A DNA stretch of 64,000 bases, from contig SBGX01000023.1 of NCBI GenBank assembly GCA_006226425.1, positions 7,603-71,602 on the forward strand, read 5' to 3'. The DNA comes from Bacteroidota bacterium. Its GTDB lineage: Bacteria; Bacteroidota; Bacteroidia; Flavobacteriales_D; Crocinitomicaceae. The position numbers were made by a program, and so were the translations under genes. Shown here one piece after another: positions 20,781 to 28,988 of this stretch. Numbering within the stretch: position 1 is the first letter of the stretch; each line of letters starts with the position of its first letter. The notes below the pieces were generated by a model. It had not been told where the DNA came from. It made no database searches and saw only the letters and a list, made by a program, of their open reading frames with translations.

Positions 20781-23312
20781 ATGATAAAAAAAATTACTAC
20801 ACTTTCATTTGCATTTGGTTTGAGTAGTTTGTCCTTGCTTGCCCAGGTAGAAAAACCGGAGCCAGAGGATACACTTAGGAAGGAAGAAGGTCGTTTGCCT
20901 GTTTTCTCAATGAGTACAGGTGATTTGGAAGGAGATTTTGGAGCCCAGGATGTATCGGGTTTATTGCAATCTTCCCGGGATGTATTTACGTCTACTGCGG
21001 GTTATAACTTTGGAAGCGCTCGTTTTCGCATTAGAGGTCTTGGTTCGGAGAACTCTACGGTGATGATTAACGGGATCAGAATGAATAGCCTCGAGTTAGG
21101 TTGGGCTTCCTGGTCGAACTGGGGGGGATTGAACGACATCACCAGAAACATGGAAACCAAAGTAGGTTTGGTTGCTTCTGATTATACATTTGGGGGAGTA
21201 CTAGGATACTCTTACCTGAATGCCAGAGCTTCCGCCATTCGAAAAGGGAACCGTGTTTCGTATGCTTATTCTAATAGAAGTTACAGACATCGCGCTATGG
21301 TGACGACTTCTACTGGAATGATGAAGAATGGTTTGGCCATTGCCGCCTCTGCGTCACGCAGGTATGCCGGAGAAGGATATGTAGAAGGAACGTTTTATGA
21401 TTCCTGGAGTTACTTTATTTCATTGGAGAAAAAGTTGAACGAAAAACATAGCCTTGGCTTTGTTGGTTTTGGAGCTCCTTTAAGTAGAGGACGAAGCGGA
21501 ATCGTTGTTCAGGAAGCCTACGATTTAAAAGATAATAATTACTATAACCCGAATTGGGGTTATCAGGAAGGAAAGAAACGAAATGCCAAAGTGGTTGAAA
21601 CACATTTGCCTGTCCTGATTGGAAGTCACTATTGGACGATCAATGATAAATCCAAGTTGGAAACGAGTGTTTCATATTCCTTTGGAGAGCGTAAATCCTC
21701 TTCGTTGAACTGGTTTGACGCAAAAGATCCAAGACCGGATTACTATCGTTATTTGCCAAGTTATTATGAGTTGACAGATCGCGCGGAGTATAATCGTTTG
21801 GTGAACGCCTGGACGCAGGATGAGAATTTTGGACAAATCAACTGGAATGATTTGTATCAGGCAAACTACAAGAACCTGTACACAGTAGAAAATGCCGGAG
21901 GAATTCAAGGGAACAACGTTACGGGTAATCGATCCAAGTATATATTGGAGAATCGCAATATCAATTCGAAGATTATTAGCGCTAATTCCATCTATAAGAA
22001 CCGGATCAATGATCGCATGAACTTTGCAGCCGGAACGAATATCACAAGTCACAAGTCAAGAAACTACAAAGAGATTAAAGACCTACTTGGAGGTGATTTC
22101 TGGATCGATATTGACAACATGGCGGATCGTGATTTTAACGACGATAACCTTTCTCAAAACAATGTCGAAAATCCAAATACACCATTGAAAGAGGGAGACG
22201 TCTTTGGATATGATTATGACATTAATATGTTCAGAACGGAAACATTTGCTCAGGTTGAGCACAAAGCACCGAAATTTGAAACATACGCTGCGGTGATGGT
22301 GTCAACAACGAGCTTTGATCGCTATGGAAATATGAAAAACGGGCGTTTCCCGGATGAGTCTAAAGGACAGGGAGAGAAGCACAGTTTCTTTAATTACGGA
22401 GCAAAAGGTGGGGCCTTGTATAAATTGACCGGAAGAAATTTCCTTTCTGTCAATGCCTCTTATCTGACGAGAGCACCGCTTCCACGGAACGTTTATTTGG
22501 CGCCAACTATTCGCGATGAAGTAGTGACGAATCTGACAAGTGAGAAAATCATGGCTTTTGATGTAAATTACATCATGAGATACTCTCGATGGAAGTCTCG
22601 TGTTTCGATCTATTATAGTAGCAACAAGGACATCACCATGTTGAACAGTTATTACCACGATGAGTTCCAGACCTTGGTGAACTACAGTATGACCGGAGTT
22701 GATCAGGTAAGAATGGGATTGGAGCTTGGTACCGAGTATCAGTTCACGCAAACCTGGACTGGAACCGCTGTTCTTGCTTTGGGAGACCATCGTTACGTTT
22801 CTCAACCTTTGGCAACGATCAACCGAACAAATTCACCTGAATTGATTGCGAAAGACCGCAAAGTGTATTTGAAAAATTACAAAATTGGAGGGATGCCTCA
22901 ACAGGCACTTTCAGTAGGGGTGAAATATTCGTCTCCGAAATACTGGTTTGCCGGAGCAAACTTTAACTATTACGCAGATATTAATTTGGAGCCAAACCCA
23001 GACAGAAGAACGAGTGAGGCAGTTGAGAATTTGGTGTCTTCTGATCCGGGATGGAGTGAGATATTGGACCAAACCAAATTGGATAATCATTATACCGTAT
23101 CTTTGTTTGGAGGAAAGTCCTGGAGATTAAAAGGAGGAAAATACTTTTTGAGCTGGACGCTCAATGTAAACAACTTGCTGAACAACCGGGATTTTGCCAC
23201 CGGAGGATTTGAACAGTTGAGATACGATAATTTTAATATTAATAAGTTCCCACCTAAATTAGGGTATTTCTATGGGATGACTTATTTCACCATGCTTAGC
23301 TTAAGATTTTAA
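20781..23312 (+). CDS. TonB-dependent-receptor-like outer-membrane beta-barrel protein
   Basis: Signal peptide and a plug-like segment (ARFRIRGLGSENSTVMINGIRMNS). The long barrel region ends in a C-terminal Phe (YFTMLSLRF). It lacks an obvious SusC-type N-terminal extension. Confidence 0.55.
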   Translation: MIKKITTLSFAFGLSSLSLLAQVEKPEPEDTLRKEEGRLPVFSMSTGDLEGDFGAQDVSGLLQSSRDVFTSTAGYNFGSARFRIRGLGSENSTVMINGIRMNSLELGWASWSNWGGLNDITRNMETKVGLVASDYTFGGVLGYSYLNARASAIRKGNRVSYAYSNRSYRHRAMVTTSTGMMKNGLAIAASASRRYAGEGYVEGTFYDSWSYFISLEKKLNEKHSLGFVGFGAPLSRGRSGIVVQEAYDLKDNNYYNPNWGYQEGKKRNAKVVETHLPVLIGSHYWTINDKSKLETSVSYSFGERKSSSLNWFDAKDPRPDYYRYLPSYYELTDRAEYNRLVNAWTQDENFGQINWNDLYQANYKNLYTVENAGGIQGNNVTGNRSKYILENRNINSKIISANSIYKNRINDRMNFAAGTNITSHKSRNYKEIKDLLGGDFWIDIDNMADRDFNDDNLSQNNVENPNTPLKEGDVFGYDYDINMFRTETFAQVEHKAPKFETYAAVMVSTTSFDRYGNMKNGRFPDESKGQGEKHSFFNYGAKGGALYKLTGRNFLSVNASYLTRAPLPRNVYLAPTIRDEVVTNLTSEKIMAFDVNYIMRYSRWKSRVSIYYSSNKDITMLNSYYHDEFQTLVNYSMTGVDQVRMGLELGTEYQFTQTWTGTAVLALGDHRYVSQPLATINRTNSPELIAKDRKVYLKNYKIGGMPQQALSVGVKYSSPKYWFAGANFNYYADINLEPNPDRRTSEAVENLVSSDPGWSEILDQTKLDNHYTVSLFGGKSWRLKGGKYFLSWTLNVNNLLNNRDFATGGFEQLRYDNFNINKFPPKLGYFYGMTYFTMLSLRF

Positions 23313-23315
23313 ATT

Positions 23316-24596
23316 ATGATAACACAGATGAAAAGAGGAAGAAACAGATGGATCGGAGCCGGGATGATGGCCGTTGCATTAGTCTATGGAGGCTTATTAA
23401 CTTCTTGTAAAAAAGAATTTGATTCACCCCCTGAGAATGTCATTCCAACCGGAAAGAAGATTACTATTTCCGAGTTGATTGCCATGCACAATGGTGCACC
23501 GTTGAAGTTCACGGAGGATTATTCTGTATTTGGAGTAGTTTCCATGGATGAGAATACCGGAAACCTTTATAAGAATATCTTTATTCAGGATCAAAACGCA
23601 GGAATCAACGTACGCTTGTTGAATTCAGGCGGTGTTTATGAAGGAGATTCAGTTCGAGTTTATTTGAAGGGAACTGTGTTGTCAATTTACAACGGAGTTT
23701 ATCAAATTGATTCGGTTGATGTGGACAAGAACATCATCAAACAGAAAACAAAAGTGCCTGTTACACCGATTACAGTGACGATCGATCAGTTGAATGACTC
23801 ACATCAGGCTCGATTGATCAAGTTAAATGGTGTTGAGTTTTTGGAAGGTGAATTAGGAGGAACATTTGCTGATGCCGTGAATCAATCCAGCCAGAACAGA
23901 ACGCTGACAGACTGTAGTGGAAACCTGATCCTTGTGAGAACGAGCGGTTTTGCCAGTTTTGCCGGAGACAAAATCCCAACAGGAAGAGGAAGCATTATTG
24001 GAGTTTTAAGTCGTTATAACTCAGACTTGCAATTGTATATCCGTACCCCTGATGAGGCAGACATGAACGGAGTAAGATGTGATGGATCAACAGGAGAGGT
24101 TTATTTGAGTAAAGACTTTAACGATGGAAGTATTACTTCCGGAGGTTGGTTGAATTACCTGGTGTCCGGAACAGATATTTGTAAGTGGACTGTATTCGGA
24201 ACAACAGACGGAGCTGCAAAGGTTTCCAATTTTGATGGAACTTCGAACACCGCTTGTGAATCCTGGTTGATTTCTCCATCCATGGATTTGTCTGGGGCAG
24301 TTGCACCGATCATGACATTTAGAAACACGAAGAGATATAATGGCGCGGAATTGGAGATGTATGTTTCTACAGATTACGACGGGACTTCCGATCCTTCTGC
24401 ACAGGGAACATGGACTTCAATCACTTCATCTGCGGTTTGGGACCAGGATGCAAGTGGATGGACATTTGTAGATAGTGGACCCGTAGATCTTTCTGCATAC
24501 AAGGCAGCAAAAGTTTACATTGGTTTCAAATACATCGGATCAGGATCAGATGGAAGAACCTGGGAATTGGATAACATTTCCGTGAAAGAGAATTAA
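23316..24596 (+). CDS. Lipoprotein with N-terminal OB-fold-like (nuclease-associated type) and C-terminal choice-of-anchor-J-like domain
   Basis: Lipobox LLTSC. The N-terminal pattern GVVS...NIFIQDQNAGINVRL...GDSVRVYLKGTVLSIYNGVYQI resembles the OB-fold found in extracellular-nuclease proteins. The C-terminal region runs WLISPSMDL...YIGFKY. The gene is 3 nt downstream of the receptor gene. Confidence 0.5.
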   Translation: MITQMKRGRNRWIGAGMMAVALVYGGLLTSCKKEFDSPPENVIPTGKKITISELIAMHNGAPLKFTEDYSVFGVVSMDENTGNLYKNIFIQDQNAGINVRLLNSGGVYEGDSVRVYLKGTVLSIYNGVYQIDSVDVDKNIIKQKTKVPVTPITVTIDQLNDSHQARLIKLNGVEFLEGELGGTFADAVNQSSQNRTLTDCSGNLILVRTSGFASFAGDKIPTGRGSIIGVLSRYNSDLQLYIRTPDEADMNGVRCDGSTGEVYLSKDFNDGSITSGGWLNYLVSGTDICKWTVFGTTDGAAKVSNFDGTSNTACESWLISPSMDLSGAVAPIMTFRNTKRYNGAELEMYVSTDYDGTSDPSAQGTWTSITSSAVWDQDASGWTFVDSGPVDLSAYKAAKVYIGFKYIGSGSDGRTWELDNISVKEN

Positions 24597-24621
24597 TATA
24601 AATCAACAAAAAACAAGAGTT

Positions 24622-25965
24622 ATGAAGAAAATTTTACTAACCACGTTATTAGGTGTCCTCGGAACATTTGCGTACGGACAGCTTATGACAACGAACTTTC
24701 TTTTTTGGAATGATACCATGCCGGAAAACTGGGGAGGAACTAAAACGAGTATTGCAAACAGCAATGTCGTAAAGTTTATACATCAAGGTGGAACTCCGCC
24801 TAAAGTAGCAATGAGACTCGTTAATGAAGGTACTTCTCACAAACGAATGACTACTCAGGGACTTCAGGTGAATGATGGAGTGGCTTATGATATTCATATT
24901 TGGGCGAGAGGAAAAGGAGACCTGAGAACCGGACTTTGGGATAATAATTCACAGTCACAATTCGGATATACAAACTATAACAGTTACATCAACATTGACT
25001 CGGCTCAATGGGGAGAATACACGCAGCAAATTGTAGCTTTGAATACCTTTGATATGGCTGAATTCATTCTTTCGGTCCGTTCGACCGATTCAATTAGTGG
25101 ACACCTGGAAATTGATAGTGTTGCGATTGTGGAAGGAACGGTTGCACCACCAGTTGATGCGAGCATTTACGAGATTCAGTTTACGGCAGATGCCTCTGGA
25201 GATTCTCCGATGATTGACAAACGAGTGCGTACAGGAGGAATCGTTTCGGCGTGGAAAAGTGATGGATACTACATTCAGGATAACTCCGGAGCATATAATG
25301 GTGTTTTTGTTTACGATACGATCAATAAACCATCAACTGGAGATAGTTTGACAATGGTGGCAAAAGTGAAAGAATACAATGGACTGACCGAGTTGACTGA
25401 AGTGGATGAATATATGGAGGTGAGTACAGGAAACACAATTCACGACATCGTCACGTTGCCTACGGGAAGTGTTTCGACAGAAGCTTACGAGTCGGTGATG
25501 GTTCGTGTTGAAAACGCTCAGGTAACTGGATTGCTTTCTTCCAATCGTTTCAATTCAGACGATGGATCAGGAGACGTAATGGTTGATGATTTCATGTACC
25601 AGTACACGGTACCAAGTGTTGGTTTGTATTACGAATACATCCAGGGGGTTGTGGATTACTCTTTCAGTGAGTTTAAAATCCTGCCTCGTAAGGCCAGTGA
25701 CATGGGAAATACCAGCGTTGGAGTAGAAGAAGGTACTTTTGACGGATTGAGCGTATATCCAAACGCTGTTGAAGCTGTATTGAACGTAGAAGGTGCTGAA
25801 GGTGCTCAGTTGTCTGTTATGGGGATGAACGGAGTACAGGTTTATTCTGTCTCTAATGCGGAAGCAAACCAGTCAGTTGACATGAGTGGAATGGCTCAGG
25901 GAGTTTACGTTTTGAGAATTCAAAAAGATCATTCGGTAACGAATATTCGCGTGATCAAGAAATAA
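24622..25965 (+). CDS. T9SS-secreted protein with OB-fold-like domain
   Basis: Signal peptide. The middle segment VRTGGIVSAWKSDGYYIQDNSGAYNGVFVYD...GDSLTMVAKVKEYNGLTEL is paralogous to the OB-like region of the preceding lipoprotein. Type-A T9SS CTD: VYPNAVEAVLNV...GVYVLRIQKDHSVTNIRVIKK. Confidence 0.6.
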   Translation: MKKILLTTLLGVLGTFAYGQLMTTNFLFWNDTMPENWGGTKTSIANSNVVKFIHQGGTPPKVAMRLVNEGTSHKRMTTQGLQVNDGVAYDIHIWARGKGDLRTGLWDNNSQSQFGYTNYNSYINIDSAQWGEYTQQIVALNTFDMAEFILSVRSTDSISGHLEIDSVAIVEGTVAPPVDASIYEIQFTADASGDSPMIDKRVRTGGIVSAWKSDGYYIQDNSGAYNGVFVYDTINKPSTGDSLTMVAKVKEYNGLTELTEVDEYMEVSTGNTIHDIVTLPTGSVSTEAYESVMVRVENAQVTGLLSSNRFNSDDGSGDVMVDDFMYQYTVPSVGLYYEYIQGVVDYSFSEFKILPRKASDMGNTSVGVEEGTFDGLSVYPNAVEAVLNVEGAEGAQLSVMGMNGVQVYSVSNAEANQSVDMSGMAQGVYVLRIQKDHSVTNIRVIKK

Positions 25966-25975
25966 GTGTCGAGCA

Positions 25976-26689
25976 ATGAGTGCACGCATTTATTTAATAT
26001 ATCTTTTCATTGGAGCAGGTCTTACGGCCTGCTCTTTTGATATTTATCAGCGGGGAACTCCTTCCTATGTTGATATTCGTGAGCGAACAAGTACAGGCAA
26101 CCGGATCGATACGTTGGTGGCACCATATCAGGGGGAACTAGCCGAAGAAATGAGTCGGGTGATCGGAAAAGCAGAGGTTGATTTTGTCAAGCAGCGCCCC
26201 TGGGGAAATTTGGGGAACCTGGTCGCTGATGCCATGTTGGAACATGGTAGAACCTTGGTGTCTAATAATTCCATCCCAGTAGTTTGTGTGCTGAATCATG
26301 GAGGCCTGAGAGCATCCCTGACCAAGGGAGAAATCACAGTAGGAGATGTTTTCAAATTATTGCCCTTTGACAATGAATTGGTTTTGGTTCAACTCCCGGA
26401 AGAAGCAACGAAGGAACTTTTTGAATGGCTTAAGGCTGGTGGAGGCCATCCGATTTCAGGTCTAAAGATTTCAGGAAAAGAAATGAAATTAAGTAGTGGT
26501 GAAAGCTTGGAGCAGGGAGTTTGGGTAGTCACGTCTGATTATCTCATGAACGGAGGAGATCATGCTGACTTTTTCCAAAAAGGAACGAACCGTATTTCAT
26601 CGAACAAGATGATGCGAGATGTTTTTCTGGAGTATGTAGAGCATGTCAAAGTGCTGAAAGATAATCAGGATCAAAGAATTGTTTGGTAA
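25976..26689 (+). CDS. 5'-nucleotidase C-terminal (substrate-binding) domain lipoprotein
   Basis: Lipobox GLTAC. Similar to the UshA-type 5'-nucleotidase C-terminal domain (GNLVADAML, ITVGDVFKLLPFDNELV). Confidence 0.7.
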   Translation: MSARIYLIYLFIGAGLTACSFDIYQRGTPSYVDIRERTSTGNRIDTLVAPYQGELAEEMSRVIGKAEVDFVKQRPWGNLGNLVADAMLEHGRTLVSNNSIPVVCVLNHGGLRASLTKGEITVGDVFKLLPFDNELVLVQLPEEATKELFEWLKAGGGHPISGLKISGKEMKLSSGESLEQGVWVVTSDYLMNGGDHADFFQKGTNRISSNKMMRDVFLEYVEHVKVLKDNQDQRIVW

Positions 26690-26701
26690 ATTAGTGATGT
26701 T

Positions 26702-27607
26702 ATGGATAGAAGATCGTTTGTAGAAAAAACATTGTTAGGGGCCGGTTTGGTCATGGGGGCTCCCTCATTGATCTCTGCATCACCTGCAAAAAGGAAATCT
26801 GGTAGACTAACCATTTTACATACGAATGATACGCATTCCAATATTGATCCCTTTCCTGAAAATCATGCGAAGTATCCGGGGCTTGGAGGAGTTGCACGGC
26901 GTTATGATTTGATTCAGAAGATTCGTTCGGAGGAAGAGCATGTACTCTTGCTTGACTCGGGAGATATGTTCCAGGGGACCCCTTATTTTAATCGTTTTGG
27001 AGGAGAGTTGGAGATGAAAGTGATGTCGGCGATGAAGTACGATATGGGAACGATCGGGAATCATGATTTTGACGGAACAATGGAAGGCTTTGTGAAAGCA
27101 GCCAGGTATGCTGATTTTCCTTTTGTATGCTCCAATTATGAATTCACAAACACTCCCATGGAGGAGAGTACCCGACCATATCAAATCATTGAAAGGGCCG
27201 GCATGAAGATTGGAATTTTTGGTCTGGGGGTAGAACTCGCTGGATTGGTTCCTAAAAAGCTCTACCGGGAAACCGTTTACCTTGATCCTGTGGAGATGAC
27301 CCAGGAAGTTGTGGGAATTTTGAGGAAAAAGGGAGTAGACATGATTATTTGCTTGTCTCATTTGGGGTATTCTTACCAAAGCGATAAGATTTCGGACCTC
27401 CGTTTGGCAGAACTTACGGAAGGAATTGATTTGATTCTGGGAGGACATACACATACCTTTTTGGAAAAGGCGACTCCTGTGCAGAACAAAGCAGGAAAGA
27501 TAACCCTTGTAAACCAGGCTGGATGGGCCGGGATCAGATTGGGAAGACTTGATTTTGACCTGGAGAAGAAAATGTTTCACGCAAGTGAAGGGATTTTAGT
27601 CAGGTAA
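26702..27607 (+). CDS. Tat-exported calcineurin-like metallophosphatase (5'-nucleotidase N-terminal catalytic domain)
   Basis: Twin-arginine signal (MDRRSFVEKTLLGAGLVMGAPSLISASPA). Metallophosphatase motifs: ILHTNDTHS, DSGDMFQGT, GNHDFD and GGHTH. Confidence 0.8.
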   Translation: MDRRSFVEKTLLGAGLVMGAPSLISASPAKRKSGRLTILHTNDTHSNIDPFPENHAKYPGLGGVARRYDLIQKIRSEEEHVLLLDSGDMFQGTPYFNRFGGELEMKVMSAMKYDMGTIGNHDFDGTMEGFVKAARYADFPFVCSNYEFTNTPMEESTRPYQIIERAGMKIGIFGLGVELAGLVPKKLYRETVYLDPVEMTQEVVGILRKKGVDMIICLSHLGYSYQSDKISDLRLAELTEGIDLILGGHTHTFLEKATPVQNKAGKITLVNQAGWAGIRLGRLDFDLEKKMFHASEGILVR

Positions 27608-28035
27608 TGGAACGAAGTTTTCGAAGTCGTTTAGCCCCCATTTTTTATATAGGAGTCCTGGTTCCCGCCTTTGGACTGATGATGGTGTCTTTTTTCATGG
27701 TGGAGGAACTCGGGGCCTGGGCCTTGCTATCAGTGGCTGCGCTGCTGGTGATCCTTTTTATGATTCTATCCAGGACGAAGTACCTCCTCACAAAGGATCA
27801 TCTCGAGATTCAATTCGTGTTTTTTAAGCGAAAGATTGCCTATGAACGGATTAAGAAAGTAGAGTTCGGAGATCATTTACTTTTTGTGGGCTTGAAATTT
27901 GCCACGGCCTGGAAACAGACCATTGTATTGAATTATGAAGGGGCCTGGGAAATGTTGATCTCCCCGGTTCAGCCGAAAAAGTTTATCCAGGAACTCAAGC
28001 AGCGGGTTCCAGAGTTAGAAATAATAGAAAAATAA
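27607..28035 (+). CDS. Small membrane protein, bacterial PH-like (YdbS-type) architecture
   Basis: Two N-terminal TM helices followed by a ~90 aa soluble domain. Family assignment is tentative. Confidence 0.4.
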   Translation: MERSFRSRLAPIFYIGVLVPAFGLMMVSFFMVEELGAWALLSVAALLVILFMILSRTKYLLTKDHLEIQFVFFKRKIAYERIKKVEFGDHLLFVGLKFATAWKQTIVLNYEGAWEMLISPVQPKKFIQELKQRVPELEIIEK

Positions 28036-28036
28036 A

Positions 28037-28600
28037 ATGATGATGAAACATTTGATTGTTTGGAGTATGTTGTTGATTGCCTCCGGAGTTTGGGGACAGA
28101 AAGATGAAAAGTGGGTAAGTATCGATCAGTCCTACTATGGAATGAAATATAAATTGCCTCAAAGCTGGGAAGTCGATGGCTTTGGAAGTTCCGACTGGGA
28201 CGATTATGGCAGTAGTGTTTGTCGATGTGCGGGAACAATCAATATCGGAGACCGCTATGGTGAAAAAACGCTTTATATGGTGGCCTATCCATCTCTGGAC
28301 TTAAAGTCTATCCGGGAAGGAAAGCGCAGTCAGGTTTGGGATTGGAAGTATGATGATCCGGGAACTCAGGGGACGATGAAAAAGTACGGAAAGACCCGTT
28401 GGTATTTGACCAGGTCTTCCTGGACGAAAGAATCGACAAAGGAAGAAGATGGGGATTTGGTTGTTTGGCGCTACATTACCACCTATAAGAAACAATACTA
28501 TGTGGTTTATTTCTGGGCAAAGGAGGATGTGATGCTTGAGAAGAGCGGTGAAATAGATCAGATTTTGAGCGGCATGAAATTGATCCGCAGAAAAAAATAA
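28037..28600 (+). CDS. Hypothetical secreted protein
   Basis: Signal peptide, Trp/Tyr-rich, no recognisable motifs. Its start overlaps the preceding gene's stop (ATGA-style coupling). Confidence 0.45.
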   Translation: MMMKHLIVWSMLLIASGVWGQKDEKWVSIDQSYYGMKYKLPQSWEVDGFGSSDWDDYGSSVCRCAGTINIGDRYGEKTLYMVAYPSLDLKSIREGKRSQVWDWKYDDPGTQGTMKKYGKTRWYLTRSSWTKESTKEEDGDLVVWRYITTYKKQYYVVYFWAKEDVMLEKSGEIDQILSGMKLIRRKK

Positions 28601-28637
28601 AAAAAACCAAAAGAGAGTGGGGGTGTTTTGAAATGCC

Positions 28638-28783
28638 CGTGTTATAGTGTTAAGCAGTAAGTAAGAGGCCACATCATTTCAGTTTGTGGTATCGGTTGTG
28701 GTCTCTGCAGTGGTGTTCTTCTTAAGAAGGACATCGCTTTCCGAAAGTGGGGCGCCTTCCGTTGATACGGGAGGCGCCTTTTT
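28638..28783 (+). ncRNA. Candidate small RNA, copy 1 (conserved 5' box + hairpin + intrinsic terminator)
   Basis: The box CGTGTTATAGTGTTAAGCAGTAAGTAAGAGG (28638..28668) is preceded by GGGGGT-N13. An internal hairpin pairs GAGGCCACA (28665..28673) with TGTGGTCTC (28697..28705). A terminator stem GGCGCCTTCC/GGGAGGCGCC and a T5 run ends at 28783. No ORF of 60 aa or more on either strand. Confidence 0.4.
28750..28783 (+). terminator. Rho-independent terminator (copy-1 element)
   Basis: GC-rich stem GGCGCCTTCC...GGGAGGCGCC followed by TTTTT. No upstream A-run, so it is unidirectional on the plus strand. Confidence 0.6.
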
Positions 28784-28843
28784 ATAATCCACACGTAGAA
28801 AGAATAATTTTCTTGAAATAGGGTGGGGGTAAATAAAAAATGG

Positions 28844-28986
28844 CGTGTTATACTATTAAGCAGTAAGTAGTAGAGGTTATCAATTGGTAGGTATCAGTTA
28901 ACCTCAATCGGGATGAAATGATTTGAAACACCAAGCGTTCCGAAAAAATAAAAACCTTCTCTGAGTTCGAACGGAGAAGGTTTTTT
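28844..28986 (+). ncRNA. Candidate small RNA, copy 2 (paralogue of copy 1)
   Basis: The box CGTGTTATACTATTAAGCAGTAAGTAGTAGAGG is again preceded by GGGGGT-N13. The hairpin is GAGGTTA (28873..28879) with TAACCTC (28899..28905). The terminator at 28943..28986 is bidirectional. Confidence 0.4.
28943..28986. terminator. Bidirectional rho-independent terminator
   Basis: An A-run, stem CCTTCTC...GAGAAGG and a T6 run. It abuts the stop codon of the minus-strand DUF389-like gene (28989). Confidence 0.65.
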
Positions 28987-28988
28987 AG

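Noticed and set aside
25976-27607. Split 5'-nucleotidase as a frameshifted pseudogene
   Set aside because: The domain order is permuted (C-terminal domain first) and each ORF begins with its own, different export signal (lipobox vs twin-arginine). A single frameshift in a canonical ushA cannot produce this.
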